A stretch of 64,000 bases of DNA from Chiloscyllium plagiosum (lineage: Eukaryota). The stretch spans positions 15,220,974-15,284,973 of the forward strand of contig NC_057719.1 in assembly GCF_004010195.1 (NCBI RefSeq), in the 5' to 3' direction. The stretch's first letter is position 1, and the number at the start of each line of letters is the position of its first letter. The notes under the pieces are model-generated. The model made no database searches and was not told the DNA's origin. It saw nothing but the letters and a program-made list of their open reading frames with translations. This document shows, piece by piece, positions 40,201 through 52,200 of the stretch. A program made the position numbers and the translations under genes.

Positions 40201-43200
40201 TAAAATAATTGACCTAGGTTAAAGAGTACTTTATTTCTGGAGACGAGAATTTTAATAATAGGTCATTAATTATCAAAGTAGATGGACTGCAATAATGCAG
40301 GGAGCACATGAAACTCACCGACTCAAGGAAACTGTGACGGCTGATTTTCAGTACAATCTTTGTATGTGAACGTTTCATGTGCATTTGACGAAGTTCTCGC
40401 TGAAAGAAATTCACTTTGTCTTGGAAAGTTTCAGAACCACCTGTGATGTGATATGGTAACAATCCACAAGGTTATATTTCATACCAACAGTTCATACGTT
40501 CATAAGATATAGGAGCAGAATTAGGCCATTTGGCCCACTGAATCTGCTCCGCCATTCGATATGCTCACTCCCATTTTTCTGCCTGCTATCCTTATCCCTT
40601 CAACCCATTAACAATTAAAAACCTGTCTAACTCCTCCTTAAATTTACTCACTGTCCCAGCACCCAGCACACATTGGGTTAGCGAATTCCACAAGTTAATA
40701 ACCCTTTGAGAGAAATAAGTTCACTTCAACTCGGTTTTAAAATATGCTACCCCAAGACTGTGACCTCTTGTCCCAGAATGCCCCACAAGAGGAAGCATCC
40801 ACTCCGTGTCTATTTTATCCACACCTTTTATTAAGATCTTGAATACCTCAATTTAATCTCCCCTCATTCTTCTAAATTCCAAAAAATATAGGCCTAAACT
40901 GTTCAATCTCTCTTCATACGACAAACCCCTCATCTCTGGGATCAATCTAGTCAACCTTCGCTGAACTGCCTCCACTGCCACTACATCTTTCCTCAAATAA
41001 AGGGACCAAAACTGTACACAATACCCTAGGTAGGGTCTCACCAATACCTTGTATAGTTGCAACAATACTTCCTTATCTATATATTCTATTCCTTTAGCTA
41101 TAAAAGCCAACGTTCCATTCACTTTCTTTATTATCTGCTGTGTCTGCATGCTAGTTTTCTGTGACTCATGAATGAGTACTGGATTAGAGGTGCTGGAAGA
41201 GCGCCTCATCTTCACCATGGATACCTAATCCCTCTACACCTCCATCCGCCATGACCAGGGCCTCCAAGCCCTCTGTTTCTTCCTCTCCCGACATCCCCAA
41301 CAGTACCCTTCCACCGACACACTCATTCGTTTGGCCAAACTGGTCCTCACCCTTAACAATTTCTCCTTCAAATCCTCCCACTTCCTCCACAACAAAGGAG
41401 TAGCCATGGGCACCTGTATGGGCCCCAGCTATGCCTGTCTCTTTGTTGGCTACGTAGAACAATCCATCTTCCATAATTACACCGGCACCACTCCCCACCT
41501 CTTCCTCCGCTACACTCATGACTGCATTGGCGCCACCTTGTGCTCCCACGAGGAGGTTGAGCAATTCATCAACTTCACCAACACATTCCATCCTGATCTT
41601 AAATTTACCTGGACCATCTCTGACACCTCCCTCCCCTTCCTGGACCTCTCCATCTTCATTAATGACAACCGACTTGAAAGCAACATTTTTTTACAAACCC
41701 ACCGACTCCCACAGCTACCTGAACTACACCTCTTCCCACCCTACCTCATGCAAAAATGCCATCCCGTATTCCCAATTCCTCTTTTCTTTACTCAGCGAGT
41801 CGTGAGTTCATGGAATGCCCTGCCAGTAGCAGTGGTGGACTCTCCCTCATTATGGGCATTTAAGCGGGCATTGGATAGGCATATGGAGGATAGTGGGCTA
41901 GTGTAGGTTAGGTGGGCTTGGATCGGCGCAACATCAAGGGCCGAAGGGCCTGTACTGCGCTGTATTCTTCTATGTTCTATGTTCTCTGCCTCCACCGTAT
42001 CTGCTCCCAGGAGGACCAGTTCCACCACAGAACACACCAGATGGCCTCCTTCTTTAGAGACCGCAATTTCCCTTCCCACGTGGTTAAAGATGCCATCCAA
42101 CACATCTTGTCCACATCCCACACCTCCGCCCTCAGACCTCACCCCCCCCAACCGTAACAAGGGCAGAACGCCCCTGGTGATCACCTTCCACCCTACCAAC
42201 CTTCGCATAAACCAAATCATCCGCCAACATTTCTGCCACCTCCAAACAGACCCCACCACCTGGGATATATTTCCCTCCCCACCCCTTTCCGCCTTCCGCA
42301 AAGACCATTCCCTCCATGACTACCTGGTCAGGTCCACACCCCCCTACAACCCGTCCTCCCATCCTGGCACCTTTCCCTGCCACCGCAGGAATTGCAAAAC
42401 CTGTGCCCACACCTCCGCCCTCACCTCCACCCAAAGCCTTAAAGGAGCCTTCCACATCCATCAAAGTTTTACCTGCACATCCACCAATATAATTTATTGT
42501 ATCCATTGCTCCCGATGCGGTCTCCTCTACATTGGGGAGACTGGACGCCTGCTAGCAGAGCGCTTTGGGGAACATCTCTGGGACACCCGCACCAACCAAC
42601 CACACTGCCCTGTGGCCCAACATTTCAACTCCCCCTCCCACTCTGCCGAGGACATGGAGGTCCTGGGCCTCCTTCACCGCCGCTCCCTCACCACCAGACG
42701 CCTGGAGGAATAATGCCTCATATTCCACCTTGGAACACTTCAACCCCAGGGCATCAATGTGGACTTCAACAGNNNNNNNNNNNNNNNNNNNNNNNNNNNN
42801 NNNNNNNNNNNNNNNNNNNNNNNNNNNNNNNNNNNNNNNNNNNNNNNNNNNNNNNNNNNNNNNNNNNNNNNNNNNNNNNNNNNNNNNNNNNNNNNNNNNN
42901 NNNNNNNNNNNNNNNNNNNNNNNNNNNNNNNNNNNNNNNNNNNNNNNNNNNNNNNNNNNNNNNNNNNNNNNNNNNNNNNNNNNNNNNNNNNNNNNNNNNN
43001 NNNNNNNNNNNNNNNNNNNNNNNNNNNNNNNNNNNNNNNNNNNNNNNNNNNNNNNNNNNNNNNNNNNNNNNNNNNNNNNNNNNNNNNNNNNNNNNNNNNN
43101 NNNNNNNNNNNNNNNNNNNNNNNNNNNNNNNNNNNNNNNNNNNNNNNNNNNNNNNNNNNNNNNNNNNNNNNNNNNNNNNNNNNNNNNNNNNNNNACTTTC

Positions 43201-46200
43201 TCCCCACCCCCACCCTCCTCTCACTTATCTCTCCACCCTTCAGGCTCTCTGCCTGTATTCCTGATGAAGGGCTTTTGTTTGAAACGTCGATTTTACTGCT
43301 CCTCGGATGCTGCCTGAACTGCTGTGCTCTTCCAGCACCACTAATCCAGAATCTGGTTTCCAGCATCTGCAGTCATTGTTTTTACCTCAGGAATGAGTAC
43401 ACCTAGATGCCTCTGCACTGCAGCACCCTGAAGCTCTCCCCATTAAGATAATAGGTCACCTTACCTTTTTATTGACCCAAATGCATGACCTCACACTTAC
43501 CCGCGTTAAATTCCATGTGCCACATTTTGGCCCACTCTCCTAACCTATCTATATCCATTTGTAAGGTCCTTATTTTCTCATTGCAATTTACTATACTTTT
43601 GTGCCATCAGGAAATTTCGCTATAGAGCCTTCTATCCCTGTATCTAAGTCGTTAATGTCCGTTGGTAAATAGCTGGGGCCCAAGGACCGAATCCTGCGGC
43701 ACCCCGCTAATTACACTTTGCCATCCAGAAAAAAAACCATTTATCCCGACTCTCTGTCTTCTGTCCATCAGCCAGTCATCTATCCTGGTTAATTACTCCT
43801 AATCCCATATGATCCAACATTGTTAATTAACCTTTAGTGCGGCACCGTTTAAATGCCTTTCAGAAGTCCAGATAAATTACTTCTACAGCATCCCCACACT
43901 GCTTGTTACATCTTCAAAGAACTCTAACAAATGAGTCAAACAGGATTTGCCCTTCATAAAACCTTGCTGACTCTGATGGATGGCTTTTTGACTTTCCAAA
44001 TGTCCGAATATTGCTTCCTTGATTCCAACACTTTCCCAACATCAGTTGCTAAACTGACTGGTCTGCAATTTCCCGCACTGTTCCCCCCTCCCGTTTTGAA
44101 TAAAACTGTTATATTAGCCATTTTCCAATCCACTGGAAGCTTCCCCGTGTCCAGGTATAGTGGACTAAGTTGATCAATCACAAACAATAAATTGTTGCCA
44201 TTATCTCAAAAAAGATACATAACATATAACAATGTTGCTTAGGCAGACAGTTCAGCCTCAGTTTAATATTTCATCTAAAGACCATCACTGACAATAAAAC
44301 ATTACTCATTATAGTGTCTAAAGTACCAGTTTGGATTATGTGTTCAACAGTTAGAACAATTTAAAATTATAATACATGGCAGGTAATAATTCCTAAAGGT
44401 CAATTTGCACCGCGACAAACACATGTAAAGGATTGTAGTAGCTAACTGTACACTTAGAATCTTGAACATCTGAAGCAACTGTACACAAGATATTTAATAC
44501 CAAGTGTATAAATATAGAAGAGTGAAAATGAACTGCAGTGATAGAAGACAGCTAACACAAAGGAACATGAGAAATAAACTGTAGATTGGTCTCAATCAAA
44601 CCAAACTTCTCTTTATATTTTAACCAAACGTACAAGATTTTCTTTCTTTAAATAGGCTTTTCATGTCCAATTTTATTTTGTAGTCCTGAGGCAATGGGAC
44701 AGACATAACTCAATTCAACCAAATGAAAATTTAAAATGACTCAGATGCTAATTTTTCTTCCCTTTTGCATCCAAATAAATTTTCTAGCCATCACTTGGCA
44801 TCTCCTCAAAACAGCTTTCCTGACAGACCTGAAGACATGGGAGATTTGCCGTAACAGAAATCAGGAGCAGAATTCGAATCCAAGCGGTGCTTGGCAGTGA
44901 TCTGATACTGGGGTGTTTGCTCTTTAGCTGTCCAGTTCAAACTATTTTCCCAAATTTAACAGCATTTTTTTTCTCTCTGATACACAACATTTACATATCA
45001 GACAAGTACAGTCAAAGTTTCAGTCCTTACCAATGTTCTTATGTAAGAAACGAATAAATGTTGCTGCCATGATGTTTCTTTCTTTACAACTGAGTTCCAC
45101 AGGAGGCTGTATCCCATCATCCACCACTAATGTGAGGAACTTGTGCACTGGATCTAGACTATGGTAGTAAAACTGAAGATAAAAAGATACAATTTTATTT
45201 TCTCCCCCAATCAATTTCTCGTCTCAACTTCTCTGAACTCTATTGAGACTATCAACACCTGTGGAGATTCTACTTTCGGTTCTGTTTAAGCAAACTGACA
45301 AGAAAATATCCTGCACTTACTCATGGAGGATCATTGACGATCGAAGCAGTCAATCTTCATTACTGTGTCTAGACAGTGGCAAACTATTTATAAGTTGGAA
45401 TGAAAGGTGTGGAGAATCAGAATCAAATTGGCTCAGTCTTCACTGGGTGCCTACATACTATAGCAAGCCAACAAAAACACACTGGACTGCAGTGAGGACC
45501 AATAATGTTAGTTAATTCTTCCTGTAGGTCTGTAACCAAAATTAATTGCAGAACTTTCCTGCAGCTTTGGTCAAGATTAGTTAACGCTTAGCAATTAAAC
45601 ATCAGATAGATCTTGTCAATAGAAATATATAACACACAAGGTATATTTAGCCCATTATGTTTCCTTTTGGTTGTACTGCAGAGTAATTAAACACCAATTG
45701 AAAGTTGCTCCCTGTCCACCAAAATCTCATAATTGGAATAAAAGACCTACCTTTGTTCCTGGACATACTCTGCAAGTAAAAAGTCTCCAGGGTATGATTT
45801 TCAGATAAAACTCCTTCACTGAGAATTGCTGCAAAACAAATATTCTTTTTACTGTTCAGTTTGCATCAGCTGCTGAGTATATTAATTTGAATTTCTTTGG
45901 GTTTTAACTTTAAGCATGTTTCAGTAATAGGTAAAGGATGAGAATACCACAAGCTCTCAAATAATGTTTCTGCCTTCACTGGTATTCCAAAGCTCAATGG
46001 AATGTACTAGTAAGGGAAAAAGAGGTTGTGAAATAAGGGTTGCAGCAACAACTGCTGCAGCAATTAAAGGGCACAAGAGACAAATAACTTCAAATGGCCA
46101 GGGTTCCAGCTTCTGACTGTTGTGTATCACCCCTCGTGAATGCATGCACATCAAGGATCGAAGTAAAGATACATTCATATTCAGCCTCAAGGGCCTTGAC

Positions 46201-49200
46201 AGTAAGCTAGGAACAAGAGACTAACCATAAATGGTCAGTAGGAGAGATCACTAGAGGGTAATTAACATGAATGTAACTACATTCTAACAAGGAACCATTT
46301 GTTTTCAAGGGAGGAAAAAAAAAGAGAAAATTGTCAAAAAATAATTAATAAAAAGAATGCTGCTCAGATTTTCAAATGAGCACATGTGCCTTGGCTGAAG
46401 ATGGGCCTAAAAATCTGAACAAGTTGAAGGAAAAATTAACAAAACAGAAAGCCTGATCTTTACACCACTGGAGCACAACCTACCTAATAACTTCTAGAAA
46501 AGCCACACATTAAGCACATGAAAACATTTTCACAACACTGAATAGTGAGTGTTTCAGTATGTATAACTGAAACATAATTCCATCCTCTTATTTTGAGTTC
46601 CTCTGGTAATAAAGGGCACTGTCCCATTAGATTTCTTGATAATGCTACAAATGTAAAATTTCTAATTTGCAGATGAAACAAAGCTATATAAGAATTTTTA
46701 TTCCAAGGAAAATGCAAAACATTTTCAACAGGATTTGGGCAGGTTTTGTGATTGGATAAGAACACAGTAGATGGAATATAAATGTGCAACAATGTGAGGT
46801 TATCCACTTTGGTAGGAAGAACAGATGTGCAGAGTATTTGTTAAATGGTGAGAAGTTGGAAACTGTAGATAATCAAAGCAACTACGGTGCTGTCGTGAGC
46901 CTTCAGTGACTTGCTGACATGTAGCAAGTTATTAGGAAGGCAAATGGAATATTAGCCTTTACCATTAAAGGTGGTAAAAAAATTGAGTACATGAGTCATG
47001 AATTCTTGCTTCAATTGTGTAAGAGCTTGGTTAGTCTGCAACTAGAGTAGAGTGCGCAGTTTTGGTCTCCATATCCCAGGGAAGGTATTATAATTGCCAT
47101 AGAGGGAGTGTAAAGAAGATTCACCAGATTTGTTCCTGGATGGCAGGATGGTCTTGAAAGAGGATGGGCAAACTAGGCTTGTATTCTCTAGAGTTTTGAA
47201 GAATAAGAGATGATCTCATTGAAATCTACAAAATACTGAACAGTATAGACCGGGTAGGTGCATGCAAGATGCTTCCCACAATTTTGGAGTCTAGATCCAA
47301 GAAGCACAATTCAAAATTAAGGCGGATGCTTCATAAGTCCGTGAATAAGAAAATTTCTTTTACTCAGTAGGGGGTGAAATCTTTGGAATTTTCTACCCAC
47401 AGGAAGCTGTTAGGTTCAGTCTTTGAGTACATTTAAAGCAGAGTTAGATGAATACTTTGATCAATGGCATGAGGGTTATGAAGATAGTATGGGAAAAAGC
47501 CTGGGTTCAAGTCCCACCTACTTCAGGGTTGTATTTTCACATCCCTGAATAGGTTGATTAAATAATACCTTCAAGTAGGTTGAGCAAGGGGCAGAAATCT
47601 GCCACATTTCATTTTCCCACATTATACTCAAAGTTGTTCACTTTGGCAGGAAGAATAATAAAACAGAAGATTATTTAAAATGAGAATGAATTTAAAATTT
47701 CAAGGTGCAGAGAAATCTAGGTGCTTTAGTGCATGAGTCACAGAATGTTCGGATAGGCTTGCAACAAAAAAATTGTAAGGCTAGTGGAATTCCATCCTTT
47801 GCTATTTGAAAAATTGAGCCAAAAAGTAAGGGGGTTACGTTTTAGTTAAGCAGGGCATTGTTGACAGCACATCTTGAATACCCATGCAATTTGGATATGC
47901 TTCTCGAAAGGACGACGCAAACACTTTGGAGGTGATTCAGAGGTGTTTACTAGATTGATATTTTGGATGAGTGGGATGTCTTACATGGAAACGTGGGACA
48001 GGCTGGGCTTGTTTCAACTGGATTTTGAAAGAATGACTGATGACTTAATTGAAATGGATGAGATCCTAAACTGTCTTAACAAGATAGATTGGGAAAGGAT
48101 GCTTCCTCTTGAGAGTGAGTGAGTCAAAAATTAGAGGGCACCATTTAAAAATTAAGTGTCTCCTGATTCACCCTGTAATATTTCCTTCACTCTCAATCAT
48201 CGAAGAAAATAGCATCCATGTACCATCATTGATTCACAAGATCCTAAGTGGGAAGCATCCTTGCAGTGGCATTGGAAAAGCACAGCAGGTGAGGCAGCAT
48301 CTGAGAAGCAGGAAAATTGACGTTTCAGGCAGGAGCCCTTCATCAGGGATGAGCTCATTCCTGATGAAGGGGTCCTGCCCAAAACGTGATTTTCCTGCTC
48401 CTCGGATGCTGCCTGATTTGCTGTGCTTTTCCAGCACCACTCTAATCGTGACTCTGATCTCCAGTATCTGCAGTCCTCACCTTCGTCTTGCAGTGGCATT
48501 GTTGATCATCTTTCACAGGCACTCAAAAAAATCTTTTTAAAAAAATGAATATTCTCGTCTAGCTTACAGTCCATTGACAGTACACTGCCACCAAAGGCTT
48601 TGCATGGGCCACTGAGGGATAAAAAGAAGAATAACCCACCCTCCAGAGGTTGCTGTGAGGTAGATTAGATTAGATTAATTACAGTGTGGAAACAGGGCCT
48701 TCGGCCCAACAAGTCCACACCGCCCCGCCGAAGCACAACCCACCCATACCCCTACATTTACCCCTTGCCTAACACTACGGGCAATTTAGCATGGCCAATT
48801 CACCTGACTTGCACATCTTTGGACTGTGAGAGGAAACCGGAGCACCCGGAGGAAACCCACGCAGACACGGGGAGAACGTGCAAACTCCACACAGTCAGTC
48901 GCCTGAGGCGGGAATTGAACCCGGGTCTCTGGCGCTGTGAGGCAGCAGTGCTAACCACTGTGCCACCGTGCCGCCCACCAGGGAATTTTGTTTTTTTAAA
49001 TATTTATTCATGGGGTAAGAGTGTCACTGGCTAAGCAGCATTTACTGCCTATCCATGATTGCCCAGGAGGCAGTAAAGACTCAATCACAATACTGTGGGT
49101 CTGGAGTCACCGTAGATCAGACCAGGTAGTTCCCTTTCCTAAAGGACATTTGTAAACCAAATAATTTGCTGGTAGTCTACACTTACTAGCAGGCTCGAGA

Positions 49201-52200
49201 TGGCCGGAAAGAATCACTAGCTGGCCAACTCAATGGTTAAACCGCGCTTCCTATGGGAGCACATGTCTCACCTTTCCTGCCACTGGCAGAACTGCACGGT
49301 AACAGAAAAAAATGTCAGACATCCATTTTTGATGCCTTCCTTCCTGCCATCCCACACTAAAGGGCTGGTAATGTTCATCCTTTTGTGTTTTTATTGTAAT
49401 ATTAACTTTCAAGACATTATTTCAATGTCATAGGCCCTTTCTTACCTTTGGTGATATGTAACAATAGACCTTCTTGGGTTTTTTCACTTTTTCAGCCGTC
49501 TGACTTTCCTGATCCAAATCTTTCTCATCATCTTCTTCATCTGTATTGGTTGATGGGTGCCGACCCATGCTCGACGGTGGTATTGGTGGTAATTGCCACT
49601 GAGAATTAGCATAATTTGCAGTGTTATACAAGTATGCTTCAAAACAAACACTGGTTCCTGGAGTTGAGACGTTCTTTTCTACCGTGTTCTTTTCATTTTC
49701 TATTAAGGCAAATAGTGAATACACACAATTATTTCCACTCAGAACCCATTCAGTCAGAAGCTCAGGTCACACTTTATGTCAATCACTGCAATCCCAAACA
49801 CAGTCTCTCTCAGAGGTCTTTTTAGGAAACTTGCAACAAGGAATGATGGAATTCAAGTCTATTTATATGATTTCTCCAGACAGTGAACTCCTACTTTCAA
49901 TGCACAGTTATAGTGGATGCTGGTTCCAACAGGAAGACTTGAACAAAACTAAAACTTGAAATCTCAACACAGTTCCCTTCTTAAATCCAGTCAGCATGCC
50001 AATTTTCAAAAAGTATTAATGTCTGATACTGAAATGCTGTTCTGACAGGCTGGCCTGAGGTTTAATTACAGCAATAATAAGCATTTGCATAACAAAATTG
50101 ACAGAACCCTTCATTTTTAAAAAAAATCATTTTTGGTTGAAACTATGAGCTAAGAGTTGAAGGTAACCTTTGGACTGTGAGCAGTAGTTTTTTTTTAGAA
50201 CAGAGAAACTGACAATTGTTTATAGGACCTGGCCTGGAAGGTAATTGCAGGTTGATTCTTACATAAAGAACACTGTAGACCTTTCAGCTGTGGAGATGCA
50301 TTGTGCTCCCATGTTGCCAAATGTTTGGATGTTAACAGGGAGGCCCTTGCTAACCACTCCTAAACAAAAGACTATTAGAAAAACTCAAAGTTATAAACTA
50401 TGCTTTTGTCAGATGAATTATAGCTGCAAAAGCTACAGGATTGGGGTTTGATTGATCCCTGCTTATCCACCCATTATCAACATATTGAAAATTTGGAAAA
50501 TAGAATACCAGTTACAAGAATTAAGTGAAATATTCCTCAGTGCCCTCTGGAAGCTATTTGCAATGATGTGTACACTCAGAAAGCAAGCAAGATACAATCC
50601 TATGTGCCGATGACAACATTGAAACTGCTTAAGTGAACTGGCCAGTTACATCTCTCATTTTTCGTCTGGTTTATTCCTTAACTGTGCCTGTCTGTCTGAG
50701 AGTGGAAAGCTAGAATCAAAAGGAGATCGGGTTTAAGTCATAGACATCAATTAGTTTACCTTTGCTCAGCTAAAGGTATTGAATTAGTAATACATTATTA
50801 ATTGTTTTGTTTAAGTTATACACTTGTTGGTTGATATTGGTTATTCAAAAGGTCTGACTAAAAAATGCTGTGGCAATTTGGAGGGTTGGCTTTTATTGTA
50901 TTGTGAATACAGGGATGGGAGCTCATTTCATTGTTTATCTGTGTCATAACACAATGCCCTCAGATTCTTCATAGGTGCATGATCAAACAAAATTGGATAC
51001 CAAAGCTGGAGACAATAGGATGAATAGCTAGGTCACAGAGGGAAGGAGCATCTTAAAAGAAAAAGATGAGTTGAAGCAAAGATTTACAAGAAAATTCCAG
51101 GAAATCAGAACCTTTGCAAATGAAGGAACATAGGAACAGGAACAAGTCATATGGCCCCTCAAGGCAATTTGTCATTCAAATCAGATCGTTGCTGATCTGT
51201 AACCTTAATCTCTATAGCTTGTCTTTGACCAATATCACTTAAAATCCCTGTTTAACAAACATTTGTCAATCTTAGACAATCTTAGATTTAAAATTAATTT
51301 GTGCATTATCAAAGGCAAATCATGCACAAATCAATTCTACACTTCTTCTCTTTGCAAGCATTAATGTACTTTAATTTCATTCCTCCAATTTTTAGACCAT
51401 GGCCCTCTTAGAGACTGCCAATAGCAGAAATACTTGGTCCCTCTCTATCCTAACTATCCCCCTTCTACCACAAAAAAATTTTCAAAAGATTCTGCAACGT
51501 TCTAAATTCTAAAAACTGAATCCTAGTTTTTTACAACATGGACTTGAAATCTAATCCTTGACTAGGTGTAATTCAAATAAGCCTACAGAACATTCCTTCC
51601 AAACCCAATTTTGCTCTTTCAAGATTGGTACTGAGAACTGCTCACAATGGTCTTCCATAACCTCTACCCTCTCATATTCTGTCCACTGGTTAAAAGGCCA
51701 GCACTCCAATGAACTTGCTAATTTGTTTCTGCATCTGCACATGACATTTTGTGATCAACATACAAGAGCCCGAAGTCTGTTTGGTGTTCCTCGCTTTTCA
51801 TCATTTAGAAATACCCTGTTCTATCATGGGTAAATACAGGGGAATGGGTCTGGGTGGGTTACTCTCCGGAGGGTCGGGCTTGTTGGGCTGAAGGGCCTGT
51901 TTCCACACAGGAGGGAATTTAATCTAATATTTAAGGGCCCAAAACAGATCCTTGAGGAATTGCATCCTACCAATTAATGACCCTGCTCATTATCTTTAAT
52001 CGCAATTTCATTCACTCAGCCATTGTATAAATCCAGTGAATAAATTTACCTTCAGTTCAACAAGTTTCAGTTTTATTTCACAGCCTAGCGAGGCTTTTAA
52101 CAAATGCCTTCTCAATGTCTGTATAAGTAACATCCATAGACCTGGACAGCATTTCATTAATTGAGGCACAGTTGCCAGTGTGGATAAATGTGAACCAAAT

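Larger units (their letters stand above)
41180..43390 (+). mobile_element. Penelope-like element (Neptune-type RT plus GIY-YIG), 5'-truncated with a short inverted terminal repeat
   Basis: LIFTMD, GVAMGTCMGPSYACLFVGYVE, LRYTHD, CHRRNCKTC, NIIYCIHCSRCGLLYIGETGR; frameshifts and stops; 10-bp flanking repeat at 41170-41179 and 43391-43400. Confidence 0.95.
40495..44160 (-). mobile_element. CR1 LINE split by a PLE (pieces 40495-41179 and 43391-44160)
   Basis: LLQLYKVLVRPYLGYCVQFWS and WKMANITVLFK..GNCRPVSL; GAATGAGTAC duplicated at the break. Confidence 0.9.

Noticed and set aside
42497..43406. Long ORFs crossing 42.8-43.2 kb
   Set aside because: Artefacts of translating the N gap.
48900..48976. 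tRNA gene
   Set aside because: The tRNA-like head continues into a V-domain and LINE-derived tail, so it is a SINE.
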